54,401 bases of DNA from Bdellovibrionales bacterium (GTDB taxonomy: Bacteria > Bdellovibrionota > Bdellovibrionia > Bdellovibrionales > JAGQZY01). The notes under the pieces were generated by a model. The model was given only the letters and a program-made list of their open reading frames with translations, made no database searches and was not told where the DNA came from. A program made the translations under genes and the position numbers. The DNA lies in contig JAYUKO010000155.1 of NCBI GenBank assembly GCA_043764415.1, positions 1 to 54,401 of the forward strand. Reading direction: 5' to 3'. The stretch's first letter is position 1. Each line of letters opens with the position of its first letter. Below, piece by piece: positions 18,598-27,637 of this stretch.

Positions 18598-19314
18598 ATG
18601 TTACATCAACGCTGGCCGCTACTTTTTGTGATCTTAGGACTGGTCTTTTTTGTTTACTGGTTAAAACAGAAAGAACAAAATATATCAGAAAAACATTTTC
18701 ACTTAAAAACCTACGACCAACCCAAACTGCAGACACAAAGCTATGCACGGTCGACGGTTGACCCGAATGCACTAAATCATACTCCACAAAAACAAAAATC
18801 AATTCCGTTAAATATTAAAAACATTCAACAGATGACGCAAACACTTAAGTTGTCGGCACTCCAACCTTCCTTGCAAAGCACGTTAGACCAATTACAAAAA
18901 CTTCGCCTTCAGCCAAGCCTTTATCAGGATTCGAATCCAGAAACGGGAACTATGTCTGTAGTGCGAACAGAAAAACCCCTTCACGGAACTCGCTACTTTC
19001 ATGCTCAATATTTTTCGAGCGATAAACAAAAACCTTTTCTCCAACACATGTCTTTTGAAATCCCCCCGAATAAAGACTCCCTGCGCGTGGCCGCTCAGGC
19101 CATTAAAGATACTTTTGGTCCGCTCCCACAAGCCCATACACAAACAGCAAATATGATCGCGTGGACGTGGAAACGAAAATACACTGTGTGGGCGCTTAAA
19201 TTAGATAAGGATTCGCTCGTGAGCGACGCTTTTAACGCTTACACCGCGCAGGATGAAGGAACCGTGCGCATCGCCATCGAGCTCGATGTTCACACCCATG
19301 CACACCATGAATAG
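18598..19314 (+). CDS. hypothetical membrane-anchored protein
   Basis: 238 aa. Strong RBS (ggagga, 7 nt upstream). A single N-terminal hydrophobic helix, WPLLFVILGLVFFVYWL. No recognisable motifs. Confidence 0.55.
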   Translation: MLHQRWPLLFVILGLVFFVYWLKQKEQNISEKHFHLKTYDQPKLQTQSYARSTVDPNALNHTPQKQKSIPLNIKNIQQMTQTLKLSALQPSLQSTLDQLQKLRLQPSLYQDSNPETGTMSVVRTEKPLHGTRYFHAQYFSSDKQKPFLQHMSFEIPPNKDSLRVAAQAIKDTFGPLPQAHTQTANMIAWTWKRKYTVWALKLDKDSLVSDAFNAYTAQDEGTVRIAIELDVHTHAHHE

Positions 19315-19651
19315 GACGAAATTTGCTGCGTCATTGATGATGAATAATTAAGCAGATTGTTTTTGCTAACAAAAAGTCTACCTACAAAAAAATTAGCGTA
19401 GCTTTTGGAAATTTTTCTAAGCATAAAATTCCTTTACGATTTTGGAACAACTAATTTTTACTGGTTTTATCGTCTAAATACGCAAATGCTCTGCGACATT
19501 TCAGAATATTTTGAATTTCAAAAAATTTATGATGCGTACCTTCAATTACAATCGAGTGTATAAATTTTTTCTTGTCGATGATGCCACTTTGACACTTTTT
19601 TTGATCTCAAGCACCACCCTACCAGAAACAAAAAGGTAAAAAGGGGTTTTT

Positions 19652-22462
19652 ATGGGGTGGTCTTTAAGTTTTGGGGCTTTATTTTTTACGATTCAATTAT
19701 TGATGCCGCTTGCGGCCAGTGCCGAGGGGCTCAAATGCGAGGCCGTATTTTCGGCACCATCACAAGTTCTACTTTCACCCCTCGAATCGGCCGAGCGCTT
19801 TCGCGACTATTTTTCAGCACTCAACGAAACACTCGTTGAACGTCAGGAAGTGCTGCATTTAATTCAAGTGGCATTGATTGCCCAAGAACACGTTTTACTC
19901 ATGGGACCTCCAGGAAATGCAAAGTCCATGGTGGCAGATCTAGTTTTAGGTGGAATCACCGAAAAAGCCACTGGCGAAAAGTCTTATTACCGAATTCAAA
20001 TGACGCCCGAGACCTCCATGTCTGAAACACATGGTCCCATCAACCCTAAAGAGATTTTTGAATCTGGAAAAATTGTGCGTGAGTATGATCAAGGCATGCT
20101 TTTTTCCAGAAATGTTTTTATCGACGAAATTTTTGATGCTCGAGCCAACGCACAGAGAAATATTCTAGGTCTCCTCGCCGAGCGCCAACACGCCCAAGGA
20201 ACAGAAATTGTTGCAGGAGATATCGAAACGGTTATCGGTGCCACTAATAGATACCTTGACGAAGTTTACGAAAAAGCCGGAGATCAAGGGCCCAAAGCGC
20301 TTTTAGATCGATTTAGTTTTAATATTTATGTGCCAGGTGAATTCCATCTTTCCTCAAGCTACAATCGACTCATCAGCTCTTCAAAAAAAGATCGAAAGCC
20401 GTTACCAAAACTTACTTTTGACGATTTAGAAAGTTTGCGAACGCTCGTAAAGGACGTGGAAATCACCCAAGATGTGGGCCAGTTTTTATCGCTGCTATCA
20501 TTTCGTATGAAGTCACAAACCGAGGCCATGGAACAGGCGGAGCTAAAAAACTACCGCAAGAGAATTCAACAGGGCGAAAATCCACCACCTCCCTACAGAG
20601 CAACGAAGTACCACTCCCCCCGCACATTGTTTAAAGCCGCAGGCATTTTAAAAGCCTTTGTTGTTTACGATTGGGTGCAATCAGGTGGAACTCGTCCTTT
20701 AAGCACAACCATCGAAGATATTAAAATGTTAAAAGACTTTTTTGTGTTGAGCGGCCCCGAGCAGACTTTTGTTCTCGCCATGCTCGAAAGAACTTCGAAC
20801 CCGTACGAGCGCAGCCAGCTGTCGACAATTATCGAAGAGTCAAAAATGTTCGAAGACATTTATCGTGAGATATCTTCCGAGACAAATGACGTTATCTATA
20901 AATACGCGCTTGAAGACCTGGAACACAGTGTGATCAATTCGCAAACCAAGGATCAAAAACAAGCGGTTATTCTCAATCTGGTTAAAATATGGATAGAAAC
21001 CCGCGAGGCCAGTCGCCAAGAAATTCAGGCAGACATGTCCGGTCGAGAGATTGGCTATGCTGTTGTAGCGACCTATGTGGAACAAAAACTTCGCCAAATT
21101 GCAGGGTCTGATTTTGAGAACGTTGTACAAAAGAAAGTTCTCGAGATCGAAGCGGCTCAACGCGAGGCCATTGAACAGCAACGTTTGGCAGAAAAAAAGC
21201 AAAAAGAGGAAATAGAACGCCAGGCGCGGGAGCTTGTAGCTCAACAAAAGCGCGCCGAAATGGAGAAAAAGATAGATCAATATCTTGCGAACCAGGGCCT
21301 CGAAGCTCTTAAAGATATACCTCATTCATTTGTGAACCATTCGGATTTTCCCATCAACAAAATAGACAGGAGCATTTTCTTTGAACAGGGAAAGTCGCAT
21401 TATATTAAGTCCGGCGATGATATCTACGCGCTGCTGCCAGGGGACGCTGGATATGTGGTCAAAAAGGATGGGTCCGTCGTCATCATTGACTACAAAAATG
21501 TGGCAGATTCCGTTTTGCGAGAACTTTTAATGTCGGATTCCACGAAGGTTTTTGAAAAGATCGACGAAACAACGCTTTTGATTTCGGACCATAACAGCGT
21601 GGCACAGATCGTAAGTCTCCCCGATTTTAAGGTGAACAAAACAATCATCTTAAAAAATGTCTCTCAAGTCTTCCTCGATCAAAATAAAAAGCAAATCTGG
21701 GCGACCAGTTTTTCAACCCAGGAATTTCGTCGCATTGATATAAAAACTGGTACGACCGAAGTGTTTAAAACAGGTCAATTGCAATATTTTACTTCGGAAT
21801 CACTTAAGAGCAAAATTATACAAATCAGTTCTAGTGAATTTATTTTTATAATCAATGAGCCTTCCCAAGGAAATATACTTTGGGCAGAAATTAAAGTTGG
21901 TGATCCATCCCAGGGTTTAAATCTTTCGTGGAATCATATCTTACCCACATCACTCCATCGATCTGAAATTCCTCTCTTTACATCGCAACGTTCAGACCAA
22001 CAGGACATTGTTTATGCTCGAACAGGACATATCATTATGCCGTTCAGCATAAGACTCCAGCGAAGCAAAGACACGACCGCAATAGACAACGATACGCGGT
22101 CAAAACCGATTCAAATTGTTGATCAGACAGGAGGGAAGCTGAATAACGATACCGATATTTATTTTCCGCAGAGCGATAAATACGTTGCCGTACAGCAAAA
22201 CAATGGAGACCTTCTTGTTTTCGATCTCGAGTCACAGCAATATATAAATCAAGCAAAACCCATAATGTTGGATAGTGAGTCTAAAAACGTGACAGAGATG
22301 TTTTGGATCGATAACGAGACATTATTGGTAACGTATTTGGATCTTGCCGGAAATAGCGGAATCAGAGTTTTGAAGTTAAAATCACAACCTCGAGCGACGA
22401 TCGAAGCGCTTATCAAAAGACGTGATTCTGAAGCTGCTCTACAGAAAAAAGACGAAAACTAA
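19652..22462 (+). CDS. MoxR/RavA-like AAA+ ATPase with an N-terminal signal-like segment, a coiled coil and a beta-rich C-terminal domain of about 370 aa
   Basis: 936 aa. RBS aaaagggg. N-terminus MGWSLSFGALFFTIQLLMPLAASA|EG. Walker A GPPGNAKS (19904-19927), Walker B VFIDEIFD (20114-20137), then ..VIGATN..LLDRFSF, as in RavA/MoxR. E/K/Q coiled coil at about 21140-21290. Confidence 0.8.
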   Translation: MGWSLSFGALFFTIQLLMPLAASAEGLKCEAVFSAPSQVLLSPLESAERFRDYFSALNETLVERQEVLHLIQVALIAQEHVLLMGPPGNAKSMVADLVLGGITEKATGEKSYYRIQMTPETSMSETHGPINPKEIFESGKIVREYDQGMLFSRNVFIDEIFDARANAQRNILGLLAERQHAQGTEIVAGDIETVIGATNRYLDEVYEKAGDQGPKALLDRFSFNIYVPGEFHLSSSYNRLISSSKKDRKPLPKLTFDDLESLRTLVKDVEITQDVGQFLSLLSFRMKSQTEAMEQAELKNYRKRIQQGENPPPPYRATKYHSPRTLFKAAGILKAFVVYDWVQSGGTRPLSTTIEDIKMLKDFFVLSGPEQTFVLAMLERTSNPYERSQLSTIIEESKMFEDIYREISSETNDVIYKYALEDLEHSVINSQTKDQKQAVILNLVKIWIETREASRQEIQADMSGREIGYAVVATYVEQKLRQIAGSDFENVVQKKVLEIEAAQREAIEQQRLAEKKQKEEIERQARELVAQQKRAEMEKKIDQYLANQGLEALKDIPHSFVNHSDFPINKIDRSIFFEQGKSHYIKSGDDIYALLPGDAGYVVKKDGSVVIIDYKNVADSVLRELLMSDSTKVFEKIDETTLLISDHNSVAQIVSLPDFKVNKTIILKNVSQVFLDQNKKQIWATSFSTQEFRRIDIKTGTTEVFKTGQLQYFTSESLKSKIIQISSSEFIFIINEPSQGNILWAEIKVGDPSQGLNLSWNHILPTSLHRSEIPLFTSQRSDQQDIVYARTGHIIMPFSIRLQRSKDTTAIDNDTRSKPIQIVDQTGGKLNNDTDIYFPQSDKYVAVQQNNGDLLVFDLESQQYINQAKPIMLDSESKNVTEMFWIDNETLLVTYLDLAGNSGIRVLKLKSQPRATIEALIKRRDSEAALQKKDEN

Positions 22463-22465
22463 AGC

Positions 22466-25400
22466 ATGAATCTTACTTTGAGTTTTTTTCTTATTTTTCT
22501 AACTGGTTGGAATGCACTTGCCGCAGACAAGTGCACCAGTTTGTTTTCTATCTTTCAAAAACAAGAAGCTGATTTGTATCAGGGGCAAGACGTTCTTGAT
22601 GCCATCAAAAAACTCAATCCCTACTTTTTGGACTATTCGAATTTGCAAAAAAGTATTGATTCACTCCTCAATGATATATCGTCGTTACGAGATCCAAACT
22701 CTCGGATCAAAGACATCGAAGCGGCGCTCGATAACGAACAGCTTGATCCGTGGGTGGCCCAAACATTAGTCGAAGCTCTCTCTCGTCGACTGGCAGAGGA
22801 TGCGCGACAAATTCTGACGGACCAGAATCCGTCGGCCGCGCCGGTGCGAAAAACTCTAGAGGGCTACCGCCTTCTTTTATCGAAACTGCAAAAGCTTTCG
22901 CAAAAAGCTCAGGAGCTTGCAAAGGAGCCGCAAACTGCCGAAGATCAGCCCACTCGGCCTGTCGAAGAGTCTGCTGAGCAAAAACAGCGACCGCGCATTG
23001 ATAAAAAAAGCTTGAGCCTCGAAGACGTCGCAAAGGAAATGGCAGAGCAGCTCAGCGAGCAAAAACAGCGCCCAGTGAACCGCCAAGATGTGGACGCACT
23101 GAACGAGCAGGACGTTCGCGATTTACAAGAGCAAGCAGCGCAAAAAATGATGGACCAACTGAAGAACAACGAATCTTCGCCGCCTGATCCCAACCAAAGC
23201 AAAGATTCGCCCCAATCCGAAAACCGTGAAGCCCAGGAGGCGCTTGAAGAGCGTTTGCAAAAAATGGCCGAAGAGGCGCAGGAGCGCAATCAAGAACAAG
23301 ATTCCAAACCCGAGGAAGCCAAAGGCGAACCTAAAGAAGCTGCTGAGTCCGAGCCTCCTCCCCGTTCCCTTTTTGAGGAAGCTTATAAAAAAGCACTCGA
23401 AGAATGGAATCAGAAGGAATCTAAAGAAAGCGAAAAACCACAAGAGGACGGCAAACCACAAGAGGACGGCAAACCACAAGACGGCAAAGGCGACGGCAAA
23501 CCGCAAGACGGCAAAGGTGAAGGCAAACCCCAAGACGGCAAATCACCAGATAGCCAATCACAAAAAGACGAAAAAGGCGGAGATAGCTCCGGTGACGGCT
23601 CGGGCATCAAAGACTTATTGGGCAATCTCAGTGATTTTCTCGATAAACTCAAAGCCGACCAAAAAGAGCGACTCGATTTGCAGAAACAGGACTCAACGCA
23701 AGACCCAGAACAAGAACGTCCTGATCGAGAATTGCCAAAAGACACAACCTCGCGCAACAACGATAATTTTGGCAAAGAAAGCAAAACAAGAAATCCCAAA
23801 ACTCCGAAAAAACCAGATCTCGTGCAAAATTTAGATCAACTGCTCGATTCGATCTGGTCGCAAATTCTTAATCAATATCAGAATAGTTCACACTTTATGC
23901 GAATGGTGACAGATTTTTCTTCGCTATGTCAGTCCCTAGCCGTGAACAACCCTCATCAGGCCCATATCCTCCAACAAAAAATCGCTCGTGCGAACGAACT
24001 AACAGACAAACTACGCCTGCTGGCCGTGGAGTATAAAGACATCGAAGATCTTGCCACCTCCCTGTCCAGCGGATCTGCAAAAATCGAATTTCTTCGAAGA
24101 ATCAGATATCTCAAAACCATTTTTGAAGCCAAAGACGACGCTCACAATTTAGAAAACGGCGAAGAACGCGCGCTGCAAACAATTAACGAAATTTTAAATC
24201 AACTGGAAACAAGCTTAGGATCTGCGAATAATGAAGTTATTAGCGAAACCTTTCGCGATCTTTTGGCTGGACCACTTTCGCGAAAAGTCGTCGACGAAAA
24301 CTATCCCCCGGTTACTAAATCGCAACAAATGGATGCAGACACGCTCGTCCAAGACTTAAAAAATGGAACGTTAAACGATCTCGTTATTTACAATCGGTTA
24401 AAACCGTATGTGGATATTCTCTTTAATGATCTATTTAAGCCTCGTTCTTTCGAAAAGTTCGAAGGCCCTTATATTCCGATCAATGAGTCTGATCGGAAAT
24501 TAGAAAAACTTGAAGACTTCGACGACATCCCCCACGCTGTGAAGGAAGGGTTTTCGTCAGAACTCGAATTGCTTCGCCTCCTCGCTGGCGACATGCTCAA
24601 ATTTGCTTATCCAGAAAAAATAAAAAAGATGGATCCGCGCAAACCCTATCCAAAACGTGCAAGTATTGTGCTTTACGACATTAGCGGATCCATGACGGAG
24701 AATCATAAACAAGATCTGCGAAATGCGCTATTAACAGCATTCATGGACCGCAGTCAGATCGAAGTGGCCAAGGGTGAGGGTGAACACACCGTTTACTTGA
24801 TTCCTTTTGATGATCGTCCCCATGAGACCCGATTGATCGCAAATCTCGCGCAAGCACAAACGGCCTTTGATGACTTTCGGGCTCATCCAACGGGTTCCGG
24901 CGGCGGCACCAGCATCACAGCTGCGTTAGTTCGAGCCTTTAACCTTATTGCTGAACATCAGAAAAATGGTGGAGATTTGGAACGGGCAAATATTCTTCTC
25001 TTAACTGATGGGCAAGACTCTCTCGACTTTGCAAAGCTCGAGGAGGCTCGCTCGCAGATAGATCCCACAGTGGATATCGCTCTCAACGCTGTCACTTTGG
25101 GTGTGTGGAACGACAACCTCAGCGACATGGTCAAGAAATATGCTGTGAAAGGCGATGGCGACATAGGCAAAGTTTCCCATCAACATATTCCCTACGACGA
25201 AATCCAACGACTCCTTAGCCCCGAAAGTGAAGTCGAGGAGCTGATTCAATCCGCTAAATATTTTGACAAGACAAACACTTCAACAATTTCTGATCAACTG
25301 ATCGATAAAGCGCGCGGCCGCATGATGGCTGTGGCTAACGAGCGTTCAAGCCGCGATAGAAATGCGGGGATGCAGCTTGAGCGTTGGGCTCAAAAATTAC

Positions 25401-25630
25401 AAGCTCTTAAGCTCTCTTCCGAAGCCAACGAACTCACTCCTCTGTTTGATGTGTTCGTCGATACGGTGGTTAGCGCTACCGGTAAAAGCTGGTCGCGCTT
25501 CGGAAAATTAGAAGCCTGGGAAGCGTTTATTGAAAACTCCGAAACTCAAACAGAGCTTTCACAAAAAGATCTCCTCAGTTACTTAGGGGCAAAACACCGC
25601 GACCGCATCTTTCAATGGATGTCAGAGTGA
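22466..25630 (+). CDS. vWA (MIDAS) domain protein, ViaA-like partner of the AAA+ ATPase, with a signal-like N-terminus and an acidic disordered region of about 300 aa
   Basis: 1054 aa. Starts 3 nt after the upstream stop. N-terminus MNLTLSFFLIFLTGWNALA|AD. C-terminal vWA domain with MIDAS VLYDISGSM (DISGS = 24677-24691) and a later LLLTDGQDS. Confidence 0.8.
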   Translation: MNLTLSFFLIFLTGWNALAADKCTSLFSIFQKQEADLYQGQDVLDAIKKLNPYFLDYSNLQKSIDSLLNDISSLRDPNSRIKDIEAALDNEQLDPWVAQTLVEALSRRLAEDARQILTDQNPSAAPVRKTLEGYRLLLSKLQKLSQKAQELAKEPQTAEDQPTRPVEESAEQKQRPRIDKKSLSLEDVAKEMAEQLSEQKQRPVNRQDVDALNEQDVRDLQEQAAQKMMDQLKNNESSPPDPNQSKDSPQSENREAQEALEERLQKMAEEAQERNQEQDSKPEEAKGEPKEAAESEPPPRSLFEEAYKKALEEWNQKESKESEKPQEDGKPQEDGKPQDGKGDGKPQDGKGEGKPQDGKSPDSQSQKDEKGGDSSGDGSGIKDLLGNLSDFLDKLKADQKERLDLQKQDSTQDPEQERPDRELPKDTTSRNNDNFGKESKTRNPKTPKKPDLVQNLDQLLDSIWSQILNQYQNSSHFMRMVTDFSSLCQSLAVNNPHQAHILQQKIARANELTDKLRLLAVEYKDIEDLATSLSSGSAKIEFLRRIRYLKTIFEAKDDAHNLENGEERALQTINEILNQLETSLGSANNEVISETFRDLLAGPLSRKVVDENYPPVTKSQQMDADTLVQDLKNGTLNDLVIYNRLKPYVDILFNDLFKPRSFEKFEGPYIPINESDRKLEKLEDFDDIPHAVKEGFSSELELLRLLAGDMLKFAYPEKIKKMDPRKPYPKRASIVLYDISGSMTENHKQDLRNALLTAFMDRSQIEVAKGEGEHTVYLIPFDDRPHETRLIANLAQAQTAFDDFRAHPTGSGGGTSITAALVRAFNLIAEHQKNGGDLERANILLLTDGQDSLDFAKLEEARSQIDPTVDIALNAVTLGVWNDNLSDMVKKYAVKGDGDIGKVSHQHIPYDEIQRLLSPESEVEELIQSAKYFDKTNTSTISDQLIDKARGRMMAVANERSSRDRNAGMQLERWAQKLQALKLSSEANELTPLFDVFVDTVVSATGKSWSRFGKLEAWEAFIENSETQTELSQKDLLSYLGAKHRDRIFQWMSE
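23435..23542 (+). repeat. in-frame tandem repeats encoding KPQ(E)DG(KG.G) units
   Basis: AAACCACAAGAGGACGGC occurs twice, followed by three units of the AAACC.CAAGACGGCAAAGG.GA.GGC type. Translation: KPQEDGKPQEDGKPQDGKGDGKPQDGKGEGKPQDGK. Confidence 0.9.
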
Positions 25631-25782
25631 TCACTTTTTAGTCACTGGCTGTTGACCGTACGCAGACTTCGCTTGACTCATTTTGAAACACTAATTTTCA
25701 TAAGTTATTTCAATAATTTGCGGGATAAATCTCAAGCCTTTTTGGCACTCCCTTTGCTTTAATACCAAGTAAGGGGTGATTT

Positions 25783-26082
25783 ATGAAAACACTATTAGTT
25801 CTACTAACAATGTCTGTAACGTTCTCGGCTTTGGCAATTCCACAACACGAAGAGCGAACCGTGAGCTCTAGCGAAACACCAACTTGTGTGTTCGAGTCCG
25901 CAGACGTGGGCAAGATGAAATTTCGCGGCACATCACGTGAAGAGGCCTTTGAGCGAACTGCTAGAGCCTGTTTGCAAGCACGGGTTCAAGGCTACATTAA
26001 AATTCGTGGGGACATTCCATCCACAGAACGAAAAATTCTCTTCGCTGAAGACTGCGTCAACAAAACCTATTGTAAACACTAA
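25783..26082 (+). CDS. small secreted protein with four Cys
   Basis: 99 aa. RBS aagggg. Signal peptide MKTLLVLLTMSVTFSALA. Four cysteines in the mature part. Confidence 0.55.
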   Translation: MKTLLVLLTMSVTFSALAIPQHEERTVSSSETPTCVFESADVGKMKFRGTSREEAFERTARACLQARVQGYIKIRGDIPSTERKILFAEDCVNKTYCKH

Positions 26083-26104
26083 GGGATCGCAGTAAAAAAG
26101 AAGC

Positions 26105-26305
26105 ATGTTGAAACCTGTACTCGATTTTCTTTTTGGTAAAGACGCGAAAATTTTTAATAAAAAAGGCGTCGTAGAACACGATTTGGGAGCAAAAAAGTGG
26201 TCTGGCTGGACAGATCGCTTTACAAAAAATCCCGACTACGACTTTACCCAGCACCAGGGCCGCGCAGAAAAAAAGAGCGACATAGCTCCTACCGACAGCC
26301 ATTAA
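26105..26305 (+). CDS. small hypothetical protein
   Basis: 66 aa ORF, 22 nt after the previous stop. Hydrophilic, with no motifs. Confidence 0.35.
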   Translation: MLKPVLDFLFGKDAKIFNKKGVVEHDLGAKKWSGWTDRFTKNPDYDFTQHQGRAEKKSDIAPTDSH

Positions 26306-26352
26306 ATCGGACAACCACTCATTCGATAGTCACTGAATCGACGGTCAATATT

Positions 26353-27597
26353 TTACAGCAAAATTTTACTTATAATTTCATCGCGGGTGAAATTTGGATT
26401 TTGCAGCTGAAGCAAAAAGGCTTTCTGAAGCAACTGTCCCAATTCAGGCCCAGGCTTCACTCCAGCATCTAACAGGTCTTTCCCCGCCACCATGGCCACC
26501 GGTAAGCCAGCAGCCGCGTATTTGCTTGTTAATGAGTCCCAGGAAGCGAACGCATCGAGCTCCTGTCGAAAGCCTTCTGTTGCCGCAAGGCATTTTCTTA
26601 AAAAAGCCACAACGTCCCCGATCTGCGCCTTCTGCATCAATGAGACAAATGGAGCGAGCGTCACAGCTTCTGTTTTCTCAGCTCCCGCTTTTAAAAAAAC
26701 ATTTAACTCTAAACACAAATGAATAAAACTAAGAGTGTCTTTAGAAAGTTTAAAGGTGGATACAATTCGAATCGCTTCCGCAGATTTTTTGCTGCTTTCA
26801 AGACAGACAAGCGCGGCCCAACCCCAGTGTGGCGGACGTGGATTTTTGAAAAATCTTTGTAGATCCGCTTCATTCCAATCCAAAGTACTAAAGAGCACAG
26901 TTTGCAAATTCATTTGTCGAAGTTTTTTAAAAAACAAAAACGGTTTCTCAATGGCGAAGGCCTTGTTGATTTCGTCGTGACGTCGCTCCGAAGACACGCG
27001 CGTGAGTTGCCCGGCCGCCTTCTGCACCGCTTGTAAAGTTTTTTCTTCCACGGTGAATTCCAATTGCGCAGCAAAGCGCGCAGCCCGAAGCAAGCGCAGA
27101 GAATCCTCAGCGAAACGCTCTTCCGGAACACCCACCGTGCGCAGCACTTTGTTTTGCAGGTCCGTCAGACCGCCCACATAGTCCAGCACATGCTTTTGAC
27201 CGATATCATAAAACATGGCATTGACGGTAAAGTCCCGGCGCGCGGAATCTTTTTTCATATCCGAATACGCAACGTGCTCAGGATGACGACCGTCTTTGTA
27301 ATCCGACTCTTCACGAAACGTTGCGAGCTCTATAGGATCTTGGTCGTCGGCCATGACAACTCGGCACACACCAAAGCTTTTGCCCACCATGATGACTCGG
27401 GGAAAGATCTTCTCGATCTGCTCGGGCGTGGCACTGGTGGCTATGTCGATGTCCTTTGCAAGCTTACCCAACAAAGCATCGCGCACACACCCACCCGCCA
27501 GTACCGCCTCGTACCCTTGGTTGTGCAATTGCTGGCAAATCTGCACGACGTATTTCCACTGTGGGTGCTGAGCAAGTAAAGTTTCCATGAATTTCAT
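26353..27597 (-). CDS. cca: tRNA nucleotidyltransferase (CCA-adding enzyme / poly(A) polymerase family)
   Basis: 414 aa. Class II nucleotidyltransferase head motif AGGCVRDALLGKLAKDIDIAT, plus RRDFTVNAM. Confidence 0.8.
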   Translation of the reverse strand: MKFMETLLAQHPQWKYVVQICQQLHNQGYEAVLAGGCVRDALLGKLAKDIDIATSATPEQIEKIFPRVIMVGKSFGVCRVVMADDQDPIELATFREESDYKDGRHPEHVAYSDMKKDSARRDFTVNAMFYDIGQKHVLDYVGGLTDLQNKVLRTVGVPEERFAEDSLRLLRAARFAAQLEFTVEEKTLQAVQKAAGQLTRVSSERRHDEINKAFAIEKPFLFFKKLRQMNLQTVLFSTLDWNEADLQRFFKNPRPPHWGWAALVCLESSKKSAEAIRIVSTFKLSKDTLSFIHLCLELNVFLKAGAEKTEAVTLAPFVSLMQKAQIGDVVAFLRKCLAATEGFRQELDAFASWDSLTSKYAAAGLPVAMVAGKDLLDAGVKPGPELGQLLQKAFLLQLQNPNFTRDEIISKILL

Positions 27598-27637
27598 GAT
27601 AACAGAATATTATGTTCTGTGTTACTGGATTTGTCGG

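Noticed and set aside
19315-19651. A 337-nt AT-rich gap upstream of the MoxR gene, considered as a possible sRNA or small ORF (a 36-codon ATG ORF at about 19539)
   Set aside because: There is no RBS, no terminator-like structure and no conserved motif. It is most simply a long promoter/5' region. It is kept in mind only as context for the MoxR-vWA unit being its own transcription unit.
22512-24080. Many overlapping ORFs (up to 202 aa) on both strands within the vWA gene
   Set aside because: They fall in the low-complexity E/K/Q/P region, where all frames stay open. Their translations are K/R/S/F homopolymer-like. The 1054-aa frame is continuous and carries the vWA domain.
27587-27637. The queG start at 27587
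   Set aside because: It would overlap the cca start codon region and adds 17 non-conserved-looking residues (MNFMITEYYVLCYWICR). ATG 27638 is preferred, but this is unverified.
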